Part shown: positions 51,500-64,000 of the stretch, piece by piece
Layout of the letters: each line of letters begins with the position of its first letter
Position numbering within the stretch: the stretch's first letter is position 1
Assembly (NCBI GenBank): GCA_030704615.1
Contig: CM060732.1
Location: forward strand, 38,688,001-38,752,000
DNA length: 64,000 nucleotides
Source: Takakia lepidozioides
Lineage: Eukaryota > Plantae > Bryophyta
Direction: 5' to 3'
Notes under the pieces: generated by a model
Told to the model about the DNA's origin: nothing
Database searches by the model: none
What the model saw: the letters and a program-made list of their open reading frames with translations, nothing else
Made by a program: the position numbers and the translations under genes

Positions 51500-51680
51500 A
51501 CTGAGAGGAAGAGCTTTTCTGCATGATCAACAGGGCCACTTGTGAGAAGCTGGTTAATGCTTGAAATTGGTTAGTGCTTTTCTGCATCATCAAAAATCGT
51601 AAGTGGGTGGTGAAGCTCTGCCACCAATTTTCATCTCAAGGAAGTGTGGATGAGGAGTTGCTATAGGAGATGCCAACAGC
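51500..51680 (+). pseudogene. Highly eroded DYW remnant behind PPR locus 3
   Basis: Short collinear remnants EKL, IIKN, FISR and GDAN, in the order expected for a DYW domain. Confidence 0.55.
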
Positions 51681-52789
51681 CTTAAGCTCATTCAACATTG
51701 GGCATGGAAGACTCAATGGAGGGGGGGAAAGGATGCTATTTGTACCTATTATTTTACCAAAGATTGAAGTCATTCATTGTGACAGTCGGGACCCCGCACC
51801 TACTGTAAGCTGTCATGGTAATGATCAAACAGTGTAGTGAAGTGTCATATGACCTGATTGCAGAGGAGCTCAATAGATTGCAAGGATATGTAAGCTTGAA
51901 CCAGAAGGTATGTGGTTTGATTATTTCCTCCCAAATTGTTGGGACAAGGGAAATGTGTGGAAGAGTAAGGAAGACTGGCACTTGGAGAGCAATTTTTTCC
52001 AAATGATTGTGGAAGTATCCAGTTTCTCTTATGGCAATGACCTGTCTTCCAGAAGCCAATCTCTGGGAAGGCTTTTATGTTCATTACCCTTAAGTGGACA
52101 AACAGTGTCAAACGTTAGTCTAATTCTCAGCTTTCTGATTCTCAGCTTTCACTTGAATTGAAAGAGCTGCTTTTAGCTGTGGGTATACAATTGATCCAAA
52201 GTTTCATAATGCAGGACATACATGGGGAGACAATTGCATAGACTCTGAGAGCATGATTGTGCTGTCCCAGGTTAACTTGCCAAGCACAGGGATAAGATGC
52301 TAGCCTCCAAAGTAACAAGTGTTTGCTCATATCAATAGAGAAAACACTATTTTAATTAGTTCTGGACTTTTGGGACTAAACTTAATATATATTTGCATTA
52401 AAATTAATTGAAATATTAATAATATAATAGTGTAATGTGTGATTGAACTTTGTGAAATTACAGGTGATGTCATACTTGTTTCAAAATGTGTCATATAAGA
52501 GGTCCATTTGACATTGAAGTGCTCAATGTGAAGTAGTAGTATTGAACAATTCATTGAACGTCCACTTGGAAGTCGAATAATGTAATATTCCATTGCAGGA
52601 TCACGATAAAACAATGGGTTGCATCGAACATGGGCCTGACTCCTACTCTACCATACTCGATACAACTTGCTAGTAATTTTCTTGATTGAATCTTGATATC
52701 AAGCACAATGTTCACATACCACGCCATTGGAATGAATCATGTTTTGGATGTGACAAGGGCAGTAAAATATTAGAATAGCATAAAACATT

Positions 52790-53525
52790 CGGAAGAGGTA
52801 CTAGGGTAGTACAATAAGGTTTGGGGTGTAACTAGAGAGAAGTGCAACAAGGTTTGGGTTTACAGTAAGGGTAAGGGTTTAGGGTTTGGATTTAGGCTAC
52901 AAAAGGACAAACAAATATGATGGACTCACATTCGGTAGAATTAAAGAAATTGTTGAGGAATTTGATATCCCTGTAATCATTCTATCGTACCTTATCCAAC
53001 AAAATATTAAAAGAGCATGAAACATTGAGAAGAGGTAACATGGTAGTACAATAAGGTTTGGAGTGTAACTAAGGTAATACATTAAAGTTTTTGGTTTATG
53101 GTAAGATTAATGGTTTAGAGGTGATGGTAAAGGTAGGGTTTTCGATTTGGGTTTAAGGTACAAATGGACAAACAAATATGGGAGACTCACACTCGCTAGA
53201 ACTTGGTGTGTGTTAGTAGGATAAAAAATAAAAATAAAAATGGAGAAACAAATATTATGGAAGAGTCATTGGGCTGGAGAAGTATTTAGATTAAGGATTC
53301 GTCCTTGGAACCTGGTGTTGAGATAGATATGGTTATGGTATGGATAGTTCATTCTCATTTGCAGGGGAAGGGTAAGGGTTTAGACGTAACAATGGCGTAG
53401 GGTTTTGTTTAGGGTTTTATTTAGGGTTTCCGACGAGGGTTTAGGGTTTGGGTTGAAGGTAGAAATGGTGAACATACATGTCGGAAGACTCGCACTTGCT
53501 ACAACTTAGTGTGTGTTAGTAGGGT
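52790..53525 (+). repeat. Three degenerate 240-300 bp units with telomere-like (TTTAGGG-like) tracts
   Basis: GGTAGTACAATAAGGTTTGG at about 52805 and 53042. ACAAA.GGACAAACAAATATG...GACTC.CA at about 52899 and 53160, with a diverged copy at about 53460. GGGTTTAGGGTTT tracts at about 52875 and 53437. Confidence 0.7.
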
Positions 53526-53699
53526 ACAAAATGAGAATTTGGATGTATCCATTTTTCCGTTTCTCTACTTTGGGATTACTGAAATTGAAATTACTAATGA
53601 ACTCTTCTGTTATTCCACATGACAACATGCATTACCCTCAAGTCGACTATTCCATTTCTATCAATCCAAACGATCTGCATTCCCTTCCTTGGGGATTGA

Positions 53700-54347
53700 A
53701 CGGATGCCGGCCAGGATACTATGTCCTGGTTCTAGACATCGGTTACCTTGATGGAAAGAAAACCCATCCTGCCACCAGCCTTGTATCTCCGCAGGGAATT
53801 CAAGTTAGCTACGCGAAACGATTTTTAAGAATTCGTTAAGTGGGCCGTCAAAAAGTTTGTCGTTTGTTTTTTGAACACGAGACCTGAAATGAACGTCGAG
53901 ACTATCGCCAAAGCCGTGTTTGGGAAGTATTATTCCAATGTCAGAACTTATAACAATGAGAATTCCGTCATACATAGATCTACATTCAACAAAAAATCGC
54001 CTAAAACTCCCCAAAATCCCATTTACTTTAAACGTCTTTACTACATTTTTGCTGAGTAAGACCCGACAGCTTACAAATCCAATATTCTCCTCATCGACAC
54101 TGTAGACAATATGTACAAGTCCTACTTGAACCCGTTAGGACATACCATCTTCCTTTCAAAATATAAGGCGCTCGTGGACCCTGATAGAGATAAATTTCTA
54201 CTGGAAGAGCTCAAGCATTACCTTAACATGTTCCGGTTATCTGGGATGGATGTCATGCCATTCAACAAGTGGCAGAAGTTCAAGTGGCAGAAGTTCCTTA
54301 GCAATCACGAGTTGCGTGCCGCTGCATTGGGACATAAAATATTTTAA
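53700..54347 (+). pseudogene. FCP1/NIF-like (HAD) phosphatase-domain relic, copy 1
   Basis: YVLVLDIG ... IYFKRLYYIF ... YKSNILLIDTVDNMYKSYLNP, with internal stops. Confidence 0.5.
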
Positions 54348-54499
54348 TTGAGTTTGGTAAACCTCGACTGTCCAGTGGACGTTCTTGTTCACTTGCCTAG
54401 TGTCGGGTTTTTCCAATGCATTGTACTATTCCATTTTTATTATCCTAAGTATGAATGATTCTCTGACAGATTGAAATATCTGTTTCTCCTCTTGCGCAA

Positions 54500-55183
54500 G
54501 GGTTGCATTTGATTATTTTTGACGTGAATGAAGTCTTGTGCAAAATATTGAAGCACTAGAAAAACTACAATGTCCTCCGGTTTTCATAATCAGACTACAG
54601 AATTCCAGCTCTTGTCGGATTTCGACTTGTCTTTAGATAGGAGAAATATCGCGAAGTGTGGACAGAGTTGCACAAACACTTCCGGTTAGGGATTTGAAGC
54701 TCTATGATGTACAAGAACTTGTAGCCGATCCTAGATTTTTTACTTCGTGGTCTTCCTCAACCGGCCTTCGTTATGTCTCAAGAGGATTGTATTTCATGTC
54801 ATACTTTGGTTCACCCTCAATTCAACTCAGGATTGGACCTTCTTCATTAGTTTTTGAAGCCACTGGTCAAGGTCTGACAGAGATTTGGTGGACAATACAC
54901 CAAGAGTAATACTCTGCTCATTGACAATACCGCCGTGAAGTGTGTATTGAACCCGCCCGACTCATGTCTTGTTCTCAAATCTTTCTAGACCGTGGAGACT
55001 GATGGTTGCTATCTTCTCAAGGTTCTTGGAATGAGGAAACATCCCACTGTTTCAAATTATCTTAGGAAAAAAATGATAGGGTTGTCTTTTCCCAATGTTT
55101 TAAACGATCCCAAGTTTAGCCCACTCTGGGATTTTATTAAGGACAACGGTTTTAAGAGTCTCAGATATGATGCTTCAAAATAA
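54500..55183 (+). pseudogene. FCP1/NIF-like (HAD) phosphatase-domain relic, copy 2
   Basis: LIIFDVNEVL ... FRLGI*SSMMYKNL ... FVMSQEDC ... FLKPLVKV* ... YTKSNTLLIDNTAVKCVLNP. Some stops fall where Trp is expected. Confidence 0.65.
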
Positions 55184-55347
55184 ATTATTTTTGATTAATC
55201 CCATCTCACTCGAGCTATTGAATATCTTCATGGTTTTTGATTATCATTGCCTTGTAATCACACACGTGTTAGATATGGTACTCTCATTTTCACTCATTTT
55301 CTGTTGAATTCTTGACACACATTCCGGGCAATCCCCGATTTATGCCA

Positions 55348-56758
55348 TTCGAAAAGAAGAAGAAGAGCTTCGTGAATGACAAGAATGACGGGTTTCCCAA
55401 CAGGCTTCAAGGGCATCAGAGATTCAACAAGTAGAGTTCCAAATAACATTTTCGGATGATAATGTTACTACTAGGTTCGAGTTCTCTGAAAGTATTTATG
55501 TTTCCTCTGCTGCGGAGACCATTGCAAGTGGTTGTGGTAACCGGAGGCGTCTTCGAACACATGTCTTAACTGCGAGCCGTTTGGGATGAGGCTCTGTAAT
55601 ATTAATGGGTTAGTGTAAGCCGTTGTATGGTTTATAACATTAAGTCCAACGGATGTGAACGGATGTACATTACATTACATTATGTTTGACTGCAATGCTA
55701 AAGTTGCAATCTCTAATAAAATATGAATGTTTATTATCAATGTATGCGGACTCATTATTTCATGTCATCCTCTTCATCACATGCCATGATTGTTCTATGT
55801 TTGGTTTTGTATGTCATCTGATATGGCAACCATTATGTGCAAAAGTTTTACATATCTCACATTACATTATGGTGTAATTATTGCATCATCCCAATTTTTT
55901 CGGAATGTCAATTGGCAGTGGATGTTCTTCTAAAACCACAATACATACTTATATTACCTCCAAAAAATGTTTGGAGGACTATTGTTCATGGTTATATTGT
56001 GCATAAAATAGCTAAATAATCGCTTTATTTCAATAATAAATTTTTGTTTATTCATATTTCTCATATTATTTTTGGACCAAACAAAAGTCCAGAATTAGTT
56101 AAAATAATGTTACATGTTAAATCAGAGCAATGGAAGCTCTAATGTCTTCCAACACCCAAGAAAGAAACCAGGGAAAAACCCTAAATCATCCCCAATTCAT
56201 CCCCCAAAATGGAAACCCCCCCGACCCCACCACCACCCGCATTGCCACCCTAGGGCGTCACTTGGGCCAACACCCTTGCGATAGGTTTTTTAGGCTTGCG
56301 GGGTCGCAACTAGCCACGGCCGGGCGTGGCTAGCAGCAACGCAGTGGCAAAGCCGGAAACCCCCCCCCCCCCCCCCCCCGTGTGACGGGTTTTTCTTCTA
56401 TGCAACGTTCGGGGGTGGCTAGCTACGACGCCTCGGCGTCCTTGAGCCCAATACAAGGCTTCCCCCACCTGTTTATTTTTGTAAAAAAAATGCACCCAGC
56501 CACCCCCGGTTTACAGAGCCTCCTTCCAAACGGCTCGCAGTTAAGACATGTGTTCGAAGGCACTTCCGGTTACCACAACCACTTGCAGCGATCTCCGCAC
56601 CTTAAGAAACGGAAATACTTTCAGAGAACTCGAACCTAGTAGTAACATTATCATCCGAAATGTTACTTGGAACTCTACTTGTTGAATCTCTTGATGCCCT
56701 TGAAGCCGGGGAGCCCGCCATTCTTGCCAATCACGAAGCTCTTCTTTTTCTTTTCGAA
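55348..56758. repeat. Inverted repeat pair A (55348-55586 vs 56523-56758)
   Basis: About 240-bp arms that are reverse-complementary, e.g. TTCGAACACATGTCTTAACTGCGAGCCGTTTGG vs CCAAACGGCTCGCAGTTAAGACATGTGTTCGAA. Confidence 0.9.
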
Positions 56759-57491
56759 TTCGCTCCTTGAATGTGATTGGGCAAAATAATTTTTCATATG
56801 AAAAATGTCAGCTGAAATGTGGAAGATTTGTTGGAAAAATGATAAGATAAAAGTGTAAGTGGAAGACGCTTTCAAGATCAAATTCTCCATAAACAAACAG
56901 TGGGATAAGTACATACCAAGGTAATCATGTTCCTTTGTTGTGAGATCCAAACACTACGATCAATATTAATAGGTTAGTGTAAACCGTTGTATGGTTTCGA
57001 GCCGATGGATAACATTAAGTCCAACGGATGTGAACGGATGTACAGTTGACGTCACATTATGTCTGACTGCAACGCCAAAGTTGCAATTTCTAATAAAATA
57101 TGAATGTTTATCATCAATGTATGCGAACTCATTCTTTCATGTCATCCTCTTAATCACACACGCCATGATTGTTCTATGTTTGGTTTTGTATGTCATCTGA
57201 TATGGCAACCATTTTGTGCAAAAAGTTTTATATATCTCACCTCACATCATGGTGTAATTTATTGCATCATCCTATTTTTTTTCCGTGAACGTCAACTTGG
57301 CAGTGGATGTTCTTCTAAAACCACAATACATACTGATATGTCTCCAAAAAATATTTGGAGGATTATTGTTCATGGTTATATTGTGCATAAAATAGCCAAA
57401 TAATTGCTTTATTATAAAATTTTGTTTATTTATATTTCTCATATTATTTGTGGACCCAAACAAAAGTCCAGAATTAGTTAAAATAGTGTTA
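55599..57491 (+). repeat. Direct repeat pair B (55599-56112 vs 56962-57491)
   Basis: About 520-bp copies running from AATATTAAT.GGTTAGTGTAA to CCAGAATTAGTTAAAATA.TGTTA. Confidence 0.9.
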
Positions 57492-58209
57492 GAAGATGGA
57501 TAGGATGTTGCTACCACAGTATTGCAGGTGTTGGTGTCGCTGTTGCAGACCTCCTCCTTTAGGAAGGGGTAGAGGAGCTTATGAAGTATATGTAGCTTAT
57601 ATCAGTTTTTCGCATGGTGCCTAACCATAGTCGCTACATTCATGGCGATGTTCCGTTCATTAACCGTTTGGCACCCATTCTGCAACCACCTCGCCCTCCA
57701 TCCTGTCATGCTTAATCCCCATACCTCCTCAGTGTCTGGATTCGGCCGACGACTAAGAGCAGTTAAAACGGAGCCCTCCGACCCCCGCGCCACAAATGCT
57801 CTCAACCTTCCTGCACAACCCCAGCGTAGTTTTCTTTCTCTCTTTCTCTCTCTCTCCAATGAGCAGAAAAGAGAAATCCTTGTACTTGTAATCCTCCGTT
57901 TTGATTAAGTCAAGAGGATATCAGTTGTAAGGAGCCCTAGCAGATTTTGTCTCTGCCTTTCTGTGTTTGGAAGGTGGTCAACGTCCTTGACGCGCCATCT
58001 GCAAGCTTGTATTATACGAGCTACAGTATTCCGTGATATATGATCCGGACTTGTGCAGTATTCTCTCGAATCCTATTTACCAGTCTGCCTCTTTGATAGA
58101 CCTGGATTCAAATCATGTTTTAAAGTTCTCGCAGACGAACTTTTCTCGTGAACAAATCTAGTTAAATTGAAACAACAGATCATTCCAATCCATTAGATAA
58201 TCAGACAAA

Positions 58210-60726
<2,517 letters not shown>

Positions 60727-60989
60727 AACAGTAAAACTTTTTGAAAGTAAAGTTCCACTTCAGAAAATTTTGCACTACTGCAGCGTCGACCTTACTACCT
60801 ACTGCAGATATCTTGCAGACAAATTTTGTTATGAGCAGCATAGATACAGGTTTACTGACCTCCGTGATCCCATCACAGTTAGTACCCCTTGAAATGAAAT
60901 GGTGCTTTATAACGTCCGCGGAAAGCTCGTAGAGCTTATGGGACAGAATGGAAGAAAACATGAGAGAGGAACAAATCCAGAAACCACAA

Positions 60990-63900
60990 TTAATGTTCTA
61001 GCGATTGTCTAAGGGTGAAGGCCTCGTGTAGGTAGGCTGCCACGCATTTTTTATCTCCATAGTGAAAGACATCAGTGAGAGTTTGGGTTCCACTGAATAA
61101 ACAGTGAAATCTTCCACGGATCTCGTAGTATAGAGGGCAGTAGAAGAAGAAGTGTTCTTCAGTTTCAATTTCCTTGCTGCGCCCTATGCAAGCTGGACAT
61201 AGGCGGTCCTCCGGTTGCAGGTTTTCCCATTTGCCACTCTCTATCCGTAGGTTGTGGGAACCCACCCTGAACCGCCCCAATGCCCTCAAGAGGGAAGGAG
61301 ATAAGGGTGCTGAAAGGTAATTTGGTCTCAAGATTCTATCATCGCGGAGCACCAAGAATGTCTCTCGATAGAAGTGGAGCTTTGTCGTGAGATTGGGTAG
61401 CATCCAAGTTCTCTTGACATGCAATTCCATAAGCTCTCTCCGAATGAGTCTGTTGCGGTCATGTCTGGATGTGATGTCCACCTCAGCTGGGTTCATTGGT
61501 AATAGGAAAGCAGTAGAAAGTCCGTTACGTTGAAATAAACTGTCCACTCGAGCATACCAGGAGTTCCTGAAACCTGCAGCTTTGAGCCTCATAGATGTTG
61601 TGAGGGCCCTTGCTACTAGCCCTTTGGGTGGAAGGGCCCGCAATCTATGGAGAAAGATTGTAAGCCTGAAGAGGGCCTCGGATTGCAATGGTACACATGC
61701 GAACTCTGCACCTAGGATCTGAGATGGAGTTTTGCTCCTGGCGCCAAGCATTCCTTGGAGAAAAGATTACTGTAATGGTTCCAAATTCTTTTCCCACCAG
61801 GAGACAGGGACACCAGGTGCCCAGAACTCACAACCATAGATGGTACTAGGGCTGACGACGGTGTCAAACAGCCACTTTTTGGTCTGGGGATGCCGCAGAT
61901 GTATTTGGTTGCATTTGGCCTAAAGGCGGACGGAGGCCGCCTTACCTTTAGTCAACCTGTCCAAGGCAGTGGCTGCAAAGTGAAACTTGGGGGAGTGGAT
62001 AACCAGACCTAGGTACCGGTATGATTTCACAATCTCAATTTCCTGTTGGTTGAAGATGAATCTACGATCAGCCTGGCCATTGAAGACCATGATCTTGGTC
62101 TTGCTAAGATTGACCTGCATCCCATAGTCTTTGCAGAACTGTTCCAAAATTTTGAGATGGCATTGCAAAAAGACCGGGGATTGTGCCAAAAGGGCAACAT
62201 GATCAGCATAGAGGAGATCTGATTGGGTTGGTCCCCCATCCCCCAACCCCATGGTTTTTTTATATGTAATTCTCCAAGGCGTCAATGTAGATCCCGAACA
62301 GGGTAGGTGAAAGGGGGCAGCCCTATTTGACTCCAATGTTGCTGTGGATCTCGGCTGAGAATTCACCAGCGACGTTGACCATGCTAGTGACAATCTCATA
62401 CATAGAAGAGAAGGCACAAAGGATGTCTAGAGGGACTTCCACTCTATGGAGCCATTGGAAGAGAAGGTCCCGAGGAGCTTTGTGAAAGTCCACGAAGCAA
62501 ACATAGACCATTCTTTTGTCATAGCGTGCACTTTCCACCATAACTTGAAGAGTGAAGATGTGGTCAATAGTGGATCGGTTTCGACGGAAACCAGCCTATC
62601 CCTCAGCACGAATGCGAGAGTACTCAGCCCAATCATCCAGTTCCATGGCCACTACTGCCCCAAACAGTTTAGCAAGTAATGGGGACACCATGATAGTACG
62701 ATAGTTTGTCGGTGCGAGCCTGTCACCGCTCTTAAAAAGTGGGTGGATGATGCTCTTTGTCCACTTTGTTGGAAAGCCCCGTTGCACCACCTCATTGAAG
62801 AGGTTAGCTATAAAAGGGGCTAAAGTAGGTGTAGCATGCTTGATGAATTCACTCTGAAGTCCTGAAATGTCCACCGCTCTGCCATTTTGCAGCTTCTTGA
62901 TTGCCTTACTGACATTGGCTGAAGTAAAGAGAGAGAAGTGAAGGGGTTTAGAGGTTATAGGAGAAGGAATTTGGGTTGGGGAATGGTACAAAGACTGTGC
63001 ATACTCATGCCAGACATGAATGTCAGTGATTGGGAGGGGATCTCTATGAGGTTTAAGGAGGGACCAAAAAGATCGAGGATAAAATCTGATTTTAGCAAGG
63101 AAAGAAGATTGCAACTTGATAGTGTAGGCTTGCTTTTTGGATCTAATGAGGGACTTATAGTGCTTAAGAGCAAGATTAGTGGACTCTGGAGAAGAATTGG
63201 TATCAAGTAGTAATAATTTGATGCGACGTCTAGCAGTCTTGCATTCATCATCATAAAATGGTGCGTAACGACGAGTGGAGAAGGGTGAGGAGGTAGATCG
63301 AAGGGTGACGGGAAAGGATCGCAGGGCTGAGTCCCAAAGGGCTTGAGTAAGATGTGTAGCCTTGTCGTTAGGAGATGATAGATGTAGAATGGAAGGGAGG
63401 GTTGACGCTAGGTGTGTTTCATACTCGGCGTCGTGTAAGTGAGAGAAAGGGGTATTAAAGTGGATACGTGGGTGCAAGGGAAGAGACGTAGAGGGGATCC
63501 TCACGGGGAGGGAGATGGAAGGAAATGCAAAGGAAAGGCAAGAGTGATCAGAATCCGGGTACCTCGTGATGTAAAATGAGCTTATTCTATGATGCTTGTT
63601 GGGGCTCCCCAAGAGATAGTCAACCACGCTTTGGCCCTTGTACGTGTGGCAAGTGAACTGGCTGGAGGATTTGAAGTTAGTTGTTCCATTGTAAATGGAC
63701 AGCCCCTGAGTTTCACAAAACTTGAGTAGATGGTGACCGTAACTTGTGATTTCGCAAGGGGAATCTGCACTTTGTCTCTCCAATTCCGTATGCGAGCGTT
63801 GGATGAGTAGAGGATCTGTGTGGTCGAAGGTGGGGGCCTGTAATGATCCTATACGGGCGTTGAAATCTCCAACCAAGAAAATGTCCATTTGTGGGGTACG

Positions 63901-64000
63901 GAGACGAGTCATATCGTCTTCCAATGGAACATATGGTGAATCTGTTCGAATATGTAGGCCGCTGTGCGGAAATGCGGCCAGAGCAAAATAACATCCCGCT
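60990..64000 (-). mobile_element. LINE (RTE/RTEX-like) with APE endonuclease, RT and CCHC; frameshifted; continues beyond the window
   Basis: Endonuclease motifs GDFNARIG, SVVDYLL and DSDH. RT motifs FKSGDRLAPTNYRTI, FVDFHKA, GVK*GCPLSP, LLYADHV and YRYLG. Then FRVGSHNLRIE and CPAC..ETEEHFFFYCP. Confidence 0.92.

Noticed and set aside
52850-53460. True telomere or chromosome-fusion scar
   Set aside because: Only short, degenerate TTTAGGG-like tracts embedded in larger repeat units; no long perfect array.

Overview
Eukaryotic nuclear DNA with spliceosomal introns, most likely from a seed-free land plant (bryophyte, lycophyte or fern grade). That placement is an inference from PLS-class PPR editing-factor genes, a cilia-type WD40 gene and a K40 alpha-tubulin. 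Left to right: (1) at least 12.8 kb of a large decayed DDE DNA transposon, with a Sola2-like transposase on the minus strand, a convergent coiled-coil/RING accessory gene, intronic AGTCC repeat arrays and a captured Sen1/Upf1-helicase exon. Its right end abuts an exon of (2) a WDR49/WDR95-like WD40 gene. (3) Three paralogous PLS-PPR loci (one shattered, two with intact PPR-E ORFs) all trail a decayed DYW deaminase domain and share a conserved upstream module; they are interleaved with LINEs, a TTAA piggyBac-like MITE and a 620-bp foldback. (4) An intact RNA polymerase II subunit 3 gene with two predicted GC-AG introns. (5) A rearranged repeat block carrying two FCP1/NIF-like phosphatase relics and telomere-like repeats. 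(6) A divergent alpha-tubulin. (7) A LINE running off the right end. No rRNA, tRNA or CRISPR array was found. All family assignments come from motif recognition by eye, without database searches.
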